This document shows, piece by piece, positions 22,976 to 35,733 of a stretch of DNA of 64,000 nt. The DNA is from Podarcis filfolensis. Its lineage: Eukaryota. Position numbers and translations under genes: made by a program. The notes under the pieces are model-generated. The model did not search any database and was not told the origin of the DNA. It was given only the letters and a program-made list of their open reading frames with translations. The stretch lies in the NCBI GenBank assembly GCA_964270895.1, contig OZ185443.1. One strand, 5' to 3'. Position 1 is the first letter of the stretch. Each line of letters starts with the position of its first letter.

Positions 22976-25900
22976 TATTTTGGCAGCACAGTTCAAAACA
23001 TTGTGACTTGTTTTTCTTTATCACTTTGAAAAGTGCTACTGCTTGAAAAGGCAAAGTGGAAAGGCACAGGCACCCCCCCCCCAATGTTGCATTTTGTGTG
23101 TTTTGGTCAATCTTTAATTGTCAGAATAATGCGCTCAGTCCATCATGATTGGAGGTTTTGCCTATAAGCACCTAATAAAGCCGGGGATGTTCTTTGCTCA
23201 CCTGCTGGGATTACAGTCTGGCTAAAAGTTATAAATGGGAGCCAGACAAAGTTCCATCTTGTGCATCTTGTTGACTTTTCCCCTCAAAAACCAACAACCA
23301 TTTACTTTTAAAGAAGTTAGGATTATTAGGTTCTATAAGAGAGTTGTAGCAAAAGTCAACAGGAATCTCTTTGTTTCAGTCTTCCCTGTACAGAATGGAA
23401 TCTTCAAAATATCACTACCTACTTGACTGCTCAATTGCGTATTTTTGGAAAGGAAATACATAGTTACTCCTGATCTTCCACTCCAGTAAATATTTCCCTT
23501 TCATTGCAGTTTATTTGAACTGTGCGATTAAATTGCAACCACAAGGTTTCAAAAATCCGACAAATTAAAACATATTTATCTAGCCTTTTCTATGCTTAGA
23601 GTCTTTGGGCATAATTAAGGAAAAGTTGAAAGTTGGTTTCAATGCAGCAATTAAACTTGTATTTAAATCTCTCCTTTAAAATGTTTTGATTTTAGCCTTT
23701 TGCTGCATTTGTGCTTTTCCATACTTAAATCGTCTTCACCAGGAAGCTGAACTCTTTGAAGCAATTGAAGGTGTATTATTATCAACACAAATACCAAATG
23801 CAATCTGGCCAAACCCTATGGGAACTCCCATTTATCTGAATGGAGGAATTAGGGTGAAGCAATATTTTAAGTGGGTGGATGTTTGCAAAATGGTTCTGGT
23901 CTGGTCCTTCCTGGAATGCCACTTACATGAGGTAGAGCTGGAAGATTTCGGACTGACATATCACCTGTGCTGTCCCACAAGTGTCCAGTTTGTTTCCTCC
24001 CATTTCACATTTACATGAAACCACGGGGGAGATTGTCTGGAGATATGGAGAGCCATGTCACCAGCATGGCACACAGCTCTGATTCTGGCAAGGCTGTTAT
24101 CTTGAACTTCAAAAGGTGACTGCAATTTGGAACTAATGAATTACAATTCATCAAGAGGTTTGACGCTATCTCCTATGGAATAACTGACAAAATGGATTTT
24201 TAAAAAACGACACTACATGTGTTAATTGGTCTACCAATGCCAGGATGTCTGGGTTATCCACAAAACAGTCATTAAGTTTGGCGTCCTTTTGTTTTGGCTT
24301 CCAGTGCCAGGTAAAGACAATTTTGTTCAGGTGTTGTTGTGTTTTTTAAATTGTCTGTGGTATTTTAAGCTGGGTGATGTTTAAAATTATCTCCCAAGCT
24401 GTGTGCGCTTTTAATGGTTTAAATTTTGATATTTTTTTCTTTGATGGTTAACTGCCTTCTGCTTTGGTGAATGAACACATTGGATATAAATTACTGAAAT
24501 AAACAAACAAGTATGGTGAATTAGCTGCATGCATTAAACACACAGCTTCCAAAAGTGATTTTCTTTTGGAACAGTTAACAAAGGCAGTGCACTTCTTTCC
24601 AGTTGTAGCAGACATGTTTTATAACGACAGGTGCTTACAATAGACAAAAAGGTGACCGTTCGCAATTTATTACCAAACTGAGTTTGCTTCATTGATTTTG
24701 GTACAACAAGAGTGAAAACAAATTATGGGTATAAGTAATTAAAAACCTTTCAAGAAAAACTGTACCATTAGCAACCAATAAATAGGACAATTCCTACACT
24801 CATATTTTAGATTTTTAAAAAAGAAAGCAAGGAAAACCCTCACATATGTGTGTTGTGTACCAAAACTTTTGATTTTGATGAAAAGTTTCTTCATAAGAAA
24901 AAAAGAGATTCTGCAGAGTATGCTTATTAGTAAAACATCTTTAAATTTTTACACATTATTGACAAAATAGATTTTCATCAATGTATATCTATAAGTTAAC
25001 CTGAAATAAGCAAGAACACAAATCAGGGAGGAAAAAACAAATTTGAAGGTATGCTGGATAATACTTACAGTGCTCAAACGGTGTTCCTGCCTTCAGTCAC
25101 TGCTTGGAATTAAGTCACAGTCTAAAGAGCACTCATATAAGTCGCTGAGACGGAAGGGGAAAAAAACCCTGATGTGATTTAAAAAATGACTAATCAATCA
25201 TTAAACCCACCTATTCCCACCTGCCACTTTCCCTTTTGTTGGCGTTAGTGAATGGTGAATCATTAACCTCAGCTGTATCTCCTAATAAGATCAACCAATA
25301 TTTTTGTAAATCAGCATCACAAACATATGAAGAAATGTTTCCTATTGTTCAGTCCATAAATCTTGCCGAGAGGCCATTTAGAAATACAATTGTTTACTCT
25401 GGCCCTGCTCTTTACTAATAGCTTCCTCTCAAGAGACTCTTTCCTGACAGCTGTGTGATCATCTCAAATTTGCCATTAAATTGGTCACCAATGTTGGTTA
25501 TTGGACAGAAACAAGACTTTCCAAAGGAATGGGAAATGGCCTTCTAATGGGACAAGGTGTATGGTAACGGGCATTATTAAATAAAAGGCGTAATAGAAAC
25601 AGAGCAAAATAATACCATATAAACATAATAAATTGTCAAGTTCTTGGTCTTAGCATATGGTCAAGAATTTTAATATTATTTCCTTGGGGTGAAGTTATAT
25701 TAATCCTTGGGGTCAAAAGGAGTTGTAGCTTTCAATGGATTATTTTTTTAATGAAAATTATCAAGTGGAGGTTGGGTCCATAAGCAAGAAAGAAGAGGGC
25801 GGGGAGTGCATAACCTTTCCCTCTGGGTCTTCCTGATCAAAATTGACTCTGTCAAGCTCCTGTTCTCCCTTCAAGGGAATAGACACAGGGAACCACCTCT

Positions 25901-28204
25901 TTTTTCCTCCTTTATGGAGACAGCAGCATGTGGAGGGTAAAACGGGGGTAACCATCATGTATGCAACCCAGAGACTCTGGCACATACAAATGCAACACAC
26001 CGTAGTCCAAGGACTAAGTACCACTATCAAAAATTACACACAATTTTCCACCCCGAGAAAATCATTTTAACTTTTCAAAAATATATCATTGAAAGAAGCA
26101 CTGAGCCTCTATTTTTTTTGGGGGGGGGGACAAAGCTTTGGAACTCTTTTTAGCTATACAGGACCATTTTGCTGTCCTCCCTGTCATCCATTCCATCAGT
26201 CAAGGCATTTAGAAACAAAAACAGCACTTGCCTCCACTTAGCATTCAAGTTATTCTGAACTTAAACCAGGAGAAGGGCCTCTCTCCTGAAAATACTCTGG
26301 AATGGCATGCAGCTCAGATCCCTGTGCCCTGCTCCATCCAGCAGCTGGTGCAGCTTTTGAAGAGCGAAAACAGGGAAATGGTTAATGAAGAGTTTTGTTG
26401 CAACACATGCACAAGCCATCTATTTTTCTTAGCAAGTAAAGCCTAGCTAAGTATTTATTACAGAAAGAGACTCACTGTGTCTGCGGTTGCAACCTTCTCT
26501 TTCTTACAAGCTCACAAAAGAAATACTAAGCAAAGCAAGGAAGGGCAAAATGGCTCAAAGTAGCAAACACTCACTGGCTATGAGAATGTGCTAAGAGCTG
26601 CAAGGAGGCAAAGTCTTCAAGAAAACAGCTCTGAGCAGTGGCACAGCGTGGGTTGCCAGTGCCCGGGGCTGCACAGAGGGGACAGGTATGAAGTATGCAT
26701 TTGCATTCAACTGCCTAATGGCGTCTACATCACCAGGTGATCACAGAGATAAGAAGAGTCGTTCCACTATCACTTTCTGGTTCACATGGAGAATCTGTTT
26801 TCAACTGAGCCCAGTGACAGAAGCACACAGCTGCACATAGCTGGTGTTGAAATTTTGCATTGCCTAACAATTTTGTGTCTGGGACAACCGCCCCACTGGC
26901 TCTGAGCAATGCCACAACCAACCATAACTTTGCCCAGTACAAATCATATATTGCGTGCCCCACCCCCATATTGCAATCCTTGTATATTTAAGTTAGAAGC
27001 ATGAGAGTAGATTAAAATAAGTTACAACCAGAGGCAACTGGGAACATTTTAACTTGGCAAGGTTAAAAATTGCAGCCCTGCACTTTATCATAATAGGGTA
27101 TGTACAGCACTCATGTAGGAAAGTGTGCCATAACAGATGTCCAGAGTCCCATTGTACATCTATGGATTCAGGAAGAGCTTCCATGTTAAAGGGCAGAAGT
27201 TTGATTTTCACACAAGATTGACCTTAGGTTATATGGTATGGCTTACTTTCTAAACAAAGTTTTTGAACCCATTTATTTATTAGTACCTACCACTTTAAAA
27301 AAAACCCTAAGCAAACACACTTTTAAAATATAAGGAACGCTTGCTTCCAGGTGCATGCAGTTTTCCTCCACAAGAAAGTCAATTTAACTTTTCATTATCC
27401 AAAGTACTTTCTCCTCAAAATTAGAAGAAGAAAATATTCCAACCAGTAGAGCAAAATGAGTGTTTCATTTGAACCAGAATGCAGTAGAGCATAGCAGAAC
27501 AAATTTACAATGGGTGACTCGGTCCTGAAGATGTGGCATAACCTCTGCTCATGTGCAGAGTATATTACACCAGAATAAACACAATCAGTTTCTTTCAGGT
27601 TTGAAGAAGGGTGTGGAGTGTGATACCTGGAAGGCACAGATCCAAAACTTTTGATTTTATAAATTCATTGACAAACTCACAAAAAAGCAAGCAAGAAATA
27701 ATTCTTCTCCATCACACATTCAAGATATTCTGAACTTAAGCTTGCTGGAGCCAGATCAGAACACAAATTTTCTGAAAATATTGTGGCAAATGTTTTGGAA
27801 TTGCACGTAGGTCAGATGAACCTGCCTGCTGCACCAAGGCGGCTGAGTGAATACCCAAAAATGGTTAATACACAATTTGTTGCATACTCATATACAAGCC
27901 ACCCACAACTTCCTCCCCTCCAAATTCAGTTCACAGAATAAATGCAAATCAATTAAGTTTTTAAAAACATAGATAATGATTCACACTATGTCCACTGTTG
28001 CTTGTTTGCTTACACTTTCTCTCTAGCAAGGTCCAAAACAAATACTTTTTTAAAAAAACCTCCTCAAAATAGAAAACACTCCATGATCTGCAATACCAAA
28101 ACATGCTAAAAGTTATGAGGGGATGTGATCTTCAAGGAAACAGCTCTGAGCCTGCTCATGGCACAGGGCTGTTCTTCCAGGTTCTCAAGCAGCTTCTCCT
28201 AATC

Positions 28205-29054
28205 TAGAGTTATCAGACGTCCCTGGTTCCTGGACACAGTCCTCGGACTTGCAAATCTGTCCCCGGACAAATTTCGTCCCCAGAATGTCCCCAGATCTGC
28301 AAATCTGTTCCCAGGAAACATGGCAGTAGCAGCCTCAGCAGCCCGGAGACAGCCTGGTAGCACAGTCGGCTCTGGCTGGCTTCAGGAGCTGCTTGCTGCC
28401 GTGGTGCCCACCATTTTTCCTGCGCCATGGCAGCAAGCAGCAAGCAGCTCCTGAAGAAGAAGAAGAGTTTGGATTTGATATCCCGCTTTATCACTACCTG
28501 AAGGAGTCTCAAAGCGGCTAACATTCTCCTTTCCCTTCCTCCCCCACAACAAACAGTGGGGCTGAGAGACTTCAGAGAAGTGTGACTGGCCCAAGGTCAC
28601 CCAGCAGCTGCATGTGGAGGAGCGGAGACGCGAACCTGGTTCCCCAGATTACGAGTCCACTGCTCTTAACCACCACACCACACTGGCTCTCCGTGTGAAG
28701 CCAGCCAGAACCAACTGCACTACCAGGCTGGCCCCTCCTGGGCAACGCCCGCCCGCCCGTGACTCCCGAGCCTCCTCTGATCTGTCAAAACAAAGGGGGG
28801 AGGGGCAGGAGATCAGGGAAGGCTCAGGAGTCACGGGCAGGCGGTGCACCATTGCCCAGTTTTTTAAAAAACTCTGCGCATTTATGTTTCACAGGGTGCG
28901 AAAGAAGGGCTTTGCACCTTTATACAATATGCATGTATGCTTGGGCCCAGGGTCTGTTGCCTCACCACCCCCACTACTGACTCCCTGTTGCTACTCAGCT
29001 TTAAAGGGGGGAAAAAGTGTCCCCGGATTCATTGAAAAAATTCTGGTAACCATA
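28205..29054. mobile_element. 850-bp hAT-like MITE containing a SINE
   Basis: TIRs tagagttatcaga / tctggtaaccata, 8-bp TSD tcctaatc, subterminal gtcccc repeats. Confidence 0.85.
28453..28690 (-). mobile_element. tRNA-derived CORE/MIR-like squamate SINE
   Basis: cccaaggtcacccagc core, tRNA-like head (gaacctggttcccc...ttaaccac) and (GAA)n tail. Confidence 0.8.
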
Positions 29055-29994
29055 TCCTAATCTGATATTAGGGAATGCTGGATCCTTCTCCTAACAGCAG
29101 AGGGAGTTGGAGCTCACCCAGCAGCGACTGAAAAGCCAGCAGCCCTCCTACTAGTCAATAACTCCAATAGCCAAAAAGCCTCAAAATCAAATGTCAGCCA
29201 TATGGTTCTTCTTCCCAGAGACACATGGGAAGGGCCTCTTTGCCATAGCTATGCTTTGGGGTTAGAATTGGCTGTGGGGTGCAGAGGTCTGAGAGAACAG
29301 GAGGTTAGCAATGTTTGAGACGCATGAAAACCTCTGGACTTGTTTATTTTAAAAAAAAATCAGAACAGCAAAATTGGATCTGCAATTGGAAGTCAGGAAT
29401 GGAAAGGGTTAAGTAGCTCTTTCTCAAATCATTCCTCCACTAAAGCTGAACTCCCCCACAGCTGCATTTCACAGCTGCTATTTTAAAAAGATTGACATCT
29501 GTTCATGTGTCTCCCACATATCATTAGGAGTATGCGAATTCCTACCTTACCATTCTGCAGAAAAACTGAGTCCCTGCTCCCTGCCTTGACCTGTGCCACA
29601 TGCAAAAGTGGGATAATGTTGGTCCTCTTTTTTAAAAAAGGAATTTTATTACGGTCAATGGCCAGTATCAAGATAAAAACACCAATTACAAAATTTAAAA
29701 GCTCGACTAGATAAAATGATATAAAATCACATATACATATAAAAAGCAGTTCTGAGTGGTCATTTATTTGTCAGAAAGGAAAGCCTTCTGACCTAGAAAT
29801 GTCCATTGGTCAATATATTATATGTTATACTAATCCCGGGTGCTAATCATTATAGCTCGTATTTTGATTGCTGCTGCACAAAATTTGGCCTCCTTGTACG
29901 TCACAACAGGATTTTTATCAAGGAGCGACAAGTGGCAAGAAGCTGATCAGAGCATCCAGTATACTTCTAGAGTATTGGTAGAATAAGGCCAGAG

Positions 29995-30300
29995 CGTTCA
30001 TCTCTTTAAAACAAGCACTGAAGAAGCACGTGTGCTACAGCTTCAATTTGGCCAGAGTCACAGGGGCAGCATCTCTCCAAATACGAGATCTTTCTGTAGT
30101 GTCCTTCAAGAATGGAAGAGGGGAGAGCACAGCACCCAGCCAGGCTGAAGGCCCTGTGATGTTTAGGCGGTTCCAGGCTGCTTAGATACGCCATAGGAGT
30201 TGAAAGACACCGGCTGTAATCGCTGACAGTGAAGGAAATGGACCTACCCAAATCTGTTTGGCGTTCTATGTCAGTGATACGCCGTTTGATGGCTGATTTA
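29995..30300 (-). mobile_element. Non-LTR retrotransposon ORF2 C-terminal CCHC fragment (clade uncertain)
   Basis: AYLSSLEPPKHHRAFSLAGCCALPSSILEGHYRKISYLERCCPCDSGQIEAVAHVLLQC. Confidence 0.6.
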
Positions 30301-30431
30301 GCCTAACTGAAAACTAAGCAAACAATCAGGGGACAAACCCAGAGCTAGAATTTTCGTCATAACTGCCTGATGGATTGGTCCTATTTTTTTTGCCTCATGC
30401 AGCAAATTACTGCAGCATGCAGCAAATTACA

Positions 30432-30585
30432 TGTATAAGACTAGGGTATTTTATTAAAAAGTTCTGCTAAAAATTTGGGCTCATCTTATACATGGGGGCA
30501 ATCTCCCCCCATTTTCTCAATTTTTAGTCCCAAAAAAGAGGGGGCGCCTTATACACAGGGGCATGTTATATACGGAAAAATACGG
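30432..30585. mobile_element. Tc2/pogo-like element right end
   Basis: Repeated cttata(c/g) motifs and terminal gaaaaatacgg|TA. Confidence 0.6.
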
Positions 30586-30626
30586 TATATGTCATTTTTG
30601 CACTGTTCATCACACTTACCTTTAAA

Positions 30627-30762
30627 CAGGCATAGGCAAACTCAGCCCTCCAGATGTTTTGAGACTACAATTCCCACCATCCCTGACCACTGGTCCTGTT
30701 AGCTAGGGATGATGGGAGTTGTAGTCCCAAAACATCTGGAGGGCCGAGTTTGCCTATGCCTG
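30627..30762. mobile_element. 136-bp hAT MITE (same family as 18989)
   Basis: Perfect TIRs caggcataggcaaactc / gagtttgcctatgcctg; 8-bp TSD cctttaaa. Confidence 0.93.
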
Positions 30763-30866
30763 CCTTTAAACATCTTCATTATATTAGGAATTATGTTTAA
30801 TCGGCTCCTAAATTAATCCTTAGCACTCAAGAACAGGAGGATTGCAAATAGATAGATTGTCGCACC

Positions 30867-31012
30867 CAGTGCTTTCCCCCCTAAAAATATGTTTAGGGCT
30901 ACTCTTGTTTTCCTACTTGTATTGAAATGCTGCCCCTCAATGAGGCCAAACTTAGAGTCACAAAATGTTCAGGGGTATGCGTCCCCCTGCGTCCCCCCAG
31001 AAAAAAGCACTG
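30867..31012. mobile_element. 146-bp hAT MITE
   Basis: cagtgcttt ... aaagcactg; TSD gtcgcacc / gttgcacc (one CpG transition). Confidence 0.85.
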
Positions 31013-33142
31013 GTTGCACCACTTTCTTGATTAAGTAGGTGGGCCTGCAAATTCCTTTCATTGGGAGAATGGGCCTTTGCATTATTAAAGAGTTTGCTAA
31101 GTATGGGTGACAAGTTGCCATACTGGCTCCAGATATAGGGCGGTATATAAATTCAATAAATAAAAATAAATAAATAGCTAAATGTCAGAGGTGCCACTTG
31201 GAAGCAGTATCATCAGTATAACATACACTGCATTGTCATGATATGAATAAAAATCCAGCCCCAAACATGGGAAAGGTAGTTCCAATGCAGATTTGGGGTG
31301 CTGGAACATCCCAGATTTGTGCACGAATACAGATTTGGAGAATTTCTTTCACATTCTGGCATATAACTTAGTTTGTCTGTTACTTGATTCTTAATCAGAG
31401 GCCTTCAGTAAGATATGTTTGAAGTAAGACGCTATCAATAAATGAGGCAGTGGTTAAATTTAAGCATGGACCACCGCCAATTACATGCATGCTGGCATCT
31501 GCCCAAAATCACTGAATGGAAAAATAAAAATGGGCTGATTGCATCAAACCGAAACACATCTTATCTGCATTAAAATACAAATTACTGAGGACCAAAATGA
31601 TTGCTATGCTGTGCCAAGCTACACCTGCTGAATTGTTTTCTTCTACACAACTATTATAGGGGCAGCAGCTCTGCCTTCTTTTCCACCTGGCCACTTGCAG
31701 GAGATTCCCTGCACTCAAACATACACACATACAACACACACTTGCTGCAAGCAAATTTGAAGCTACCTGGAGCTACATTGTGGTTTAACAAAGAAACTTT
31801 AACAATCCAGTCCTAACTGAATGAAGGAAGCTCCGGATAATAAACTATTGAATAGCTAAACTTGCACCACAACCTTATTCAAATCTTATTCCAAGGGTCC
31901 AACAAAAATATAGGTTTTGATGTCCCACACTAGGGCTTGGATTCCAAGATACATTAACCCAAGAAAGTTCACAGAATACAATTCCGCACTGCAGTCCACT
32001 CCCTAAGAAAAGCCTCTGCAGAGGGTTGGGTCCCCCAAACCATGTGGAAACCTGGGAAGGTTGGAAAGGGGAGAACAGGACAAGGACCGTCTTTCTGTTA
32101 ACATTCTTAAGTGAGCTGATCATAGGATCCAAGCCAAAGTCTGTCTTTTTACCAGCTATGTCACGGCTCTGAACCTTTTTATTACTTTATTACAGTAGAT
32201 CTGCTTAGCCCGCTAAGTTCATACATTTTGCTGATTTTATACAACGAGAAGGGCAACTATCTGTACGCACAAGAGATAATATGTCATAAATCAAAGCAGG
32301 GTTGAAACAAAAAGCAATGTCAAGGACCGCTTCACACACATATTGCTAAAAAAAAACCCATTTAAACAGCAAACTGTTGAAACTTAAAGGTCTGCCAGAA
32401 TAAGACAACTCAGCCATAGGGAAATCTTTTGTTTTTCCTGAAACTCTCAATGTGAACCTAGTAATTGTAGTCCATCCTTCCTTATGTAGGTTGTTTCGCT
32501 AGAGAGGAGCGTTCCTCATGTGTTGTGCAGAAATACACTGGTTTATTTCATTGAGATTTACTGCCCTTTTTCTTAAAATCATTCCCAAGAGTCATGTCTA
32601 GCTAGCAGCACACAGTGGGCAAATTTATTTCTAATTTATTTCATTTCCCCTTTCAACTAAAGTGCAAAATAGTTGTAGTTGGAATACGTAGCATGCCGTG
32701 CTTTTCAAAGCAGAATAAGGCCCTTAGAAATGCATGACTCATACACTTTCATCAACCTAATAAACCTAAATTTATTCTTGAATGCCAGAGAATAGAATAA
32801 AGAACTTCATTCTTTTCTTCCAAAACAACTTCCTTTCTCCCTCACTGCTGATCTAATCTTATACTGCCTAATTGAGGCCATGACCTTGCATTCTATTGCA
32901 TTGCAGAATGTGAGTTTCCCCTATAAAAAATTTCTGACATAATGCTTGATCAGCTCTAATAAAATGCATGTACACATCAATGAGTGTTCCCTTCCCTTTG
33001 TTGAAGAGTGTGTAGGAGGAAGCAAGCTGGAATTCAGCTTCAGCTATGCTAGGTAAAACAAAACAATCCTCCTCTCTCTCCCAAAACCAAAGTATCCTAC
33101 ATTAATAATAATAGGGACCTATCCCTGGGATATCCCTGGGAT

Positions 33143-33506
33143 TGGTGCTGGAGGAGACTCTTGAGAGTCCCATGGACTGCAAGAAGATCAAACACATCCA
33201 TTCTTAAGGAAATTAGCCCTGAGTGCTCACTGGAAGGACAGATCGTGAAGCTGAGGCTCCAATACTTTGGCCACCTCATGAGAAGAGAAGACTCCCTGGA
33301 AAAGACGCTGATGTTGGGAAAGATGGAGGGCCCAAGGAGAAGGGGACGACAGAGGACGAGATGGTTGGACAGTGTTCTCGAAGCTACAAACATGAGTCTG
33401 ACCAAACTGCGGGAGGCAGTGGAAGACAGGAGTGCCTGGTGTGCTCTGGTCCAGGGGGTCACAAAGAGTCGGACACGACTAAATGACTAAACAACAACAA
33501 CAACAA
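33143..33506 (+). mobile_element. Bov-B (RTE) LINE 3' end
   Basis: ORF ...LRLQYFGHLMRREDSLEKTLMLGKMEGPRRRGRQRTRWLD..., (CAA)n tail, TSD atccctgggata. Confidence 0.93.
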
Positions 33507-33890
33507 TCCCTGGGATACAGTTTTTGGATTCTAAAATTATATAACTGAATTCCACTGTGACCTGGCAATTCTCAAGGAGCAAGCACAGTTATGTCTTAAG
33601 AGATCATGTGCTAGTTTACACCTGCACGCAGATATCTTAATTTCTCAGCACTTGATAAGTGCCATTGGGAGGTGTGAACTGGCCTAACAAGAAAACATTC
33701 AGTTTCAGGCAATATGAGCATTTCATCCAAGGTGTTGTATGTGTCATGGCTCTTTTGCATATGCAAGCCATATCACTTGACATTGCAGGCAGCAGGAAAG
33801 GAGATTCAGATGTAACCAATAATTTTTAAAAACAGTAACATAGAAGCGATTTGTGGTTACAGAGTCTGTGTTCACATTACTGCCTTAAAA

Positions 33891-34256
33891 GGCAGGTGGT
33901 GCTGTGGTCTAAACCACTGAGCCTCTTGGGCTTGCCAATCAGAAGGTCAGTGGTTCGAATCCCCGCAACAGGGTGAGCTCCCGTTGCTTTGTCCCAGCTC
34001 CTGCCAACCTAGCAGTTCGACAGCAGGCCAGTGTAGTAGACAAATAGGTACCGCTCCGGCAGGAAGGTAAACGGCATTTCTGTGCGCTGCTCTGGTTCGC
34101 CAGAAGCGGTTTAGTCATGCTGGCCACATGACCCATAAAGCTGTCTGTGGAGAAACACCGGCTCCCTCAGCCTGAAAAGCAAGATGAGTGCCGCAACCCC
34201 ACAGTCGCCTTTGACTGGACTTAACCTAAACCCTTTTTAAAACAACAACAACACAT
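33891..34256 (+). mobile_element. Sauria SINE
   Basis: Head ggtggtgctgtggtctaaacc, B-box gttcgaatcc, flanking actgccttaaaa repeat. Confidence 0.88.
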
Positions 34257-34394
34257 GACTGCCTTAAAACACAGCTTGGTTCTATTCTCAATTAGGAGAT
34301 GGGGGAAATGCATCAAAAATCAGTACTTCATAAGAAATGACAAGATAGATGCAGCATAGAGCCATAGATATGGATTGTGGCTAATGTCATGTGT

Positions 34395-34760
34395 GCACCA
34401 CTTGGGAGCGCACTGGATGCAGAAGCTGATCTTCCAGGTGGAATGCAGTCCTGCCCAGAACAGGCTGAACAGCACTTCCCACTCTGGACAAACCACAGCA
34501 ACTCTATCTTGTATGGACTGAAATTCAGATTATTGGTCTCCACCCTGTCAGTTCCCTAATGCAGACAATGATTCCAGAGCTTTGCCTGAGTTTGAGTGTT
34601 TTTTTAAGGGAAACTAAAAGAGAGAGAGAAAGAAATAGTGGTGTGTTTCTGCAGAATACTGATGGCTCTTTCCTCCAAATTGTTGGATGACCTCACTGAG
34701 GGGCTTCATGGAGATGTGAAATAGCACGGGAGTCAAGCCAGAATGCTGTGGAACATCATA
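34395..34760 (-). mobile_element. Old L2 RT fragment
   Basis: YDVPQHSGLTPVLFHISMKPLSEVIQQFGGKSHQYSAET corresponds to GVPQG...LFNIYM.PL...HQYADDT. Confidence 0.75.
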
Positions 34761-35504
34761 AGATAAATGCCATGGGGCAGAGGAATGCAGCGTCATATTG
34801 GAACCCTGCCGATAATCAAGATGGGAACTGGAGGCACTGCTTTGTAGCGGTCCTGTTCCTATCTTGATTATTGGCAGGGTTCCACTATGACGCTGCATTC
34901 CTCTGCCCCATGGCAGTTATCTTACAAAGCAGTGCCTCCAGTTCCCATCCTGATAGGAAACTTTGGCTAATGAGTCTGAATGCCACTAAGAGATCCAAAC
35001 GAATAAGGACACACAGTTCTGGCACCTCTCAGGTGGGTGCCACTGTATTATAAGAGAACAAGAGAGGCGTTCAGGGTGAGTTCCACACCCCTTTTCCTAG
35101 AAAAATAGCACTGGACATGCACACCCAGATGTACATGCACACCCACAATGGCTATGCACATGTATTTATTTATTGGAATACTTGCATACCATTTTCCAAC
35201 CCAAAGTTTTCAAAGTGGTTTACAAAGGTGACTTGCAAGCAGGTTTGAATAAAGTTGGGGTTTGTTTTTTTTACATTCTCAGGAGAGATGGGGTTCTGCA
35301 TCTGGATCCACCCTGGAACAAAGGAAGAGACTCCTTCACCTGATGCTTGCCTGCTCTGGCTTTTGTGGCCTCCGTGGGAGGTGGGGACAATGAGCAACTC
35401 CGTGCCCCAGGTTAGATTGTCTGTGTCAGGTGGGCAGGGCAGGGCTGTTGCTGCTATCAGCTGTGATACCAGTCAGCTGATTTGACGGCAGTTAGAATAC
35501 TCAT

Positions 35505-35583
35505 GAAGACAGGAGTGCCTGGCGTGCTCTGGTGCATGGGATCACGAAGAGTCGGACACAACTGAACGACTAAACAACAACAA
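35505..35583 (+). mobile_element. Very short Bov-B 3' tail insertion
   Basis: gaagacaggagtgcctggcgtgctctgg...gtcggacaca...(CAA)n flanked by aatactca repeats. Confidence 0.8.
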
Positions 35584-35733
35584 AAATACTCACAAGACGG
35601 ACCTGGTGAATTTGTCATCCTCCCTCACCAAGGCCAGTGGAGGTTCTGGCCACCTTCTCCAACAGCAGTCTTCCTTCAAAGTTGTCATGTGCTGATTTCA
35701 TTGCCACATCTAGGCAGTTGCAAATCACTGGCC

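Noticed and set aside
23196-23224. 20-nt minus-strand microexon (ttttag|ccagactgtaatcccagcag|gtgagc)
   Set aside because: Splice-like sites alone, with no independent support.
34945-34965. Hammerhead ribozyme core (cctgataggaaac)
   Set aside because: Lacks the CUGANGA-stem II-GAAA arrangement; a scan by eye found no convincing hammerhead elsewhere.
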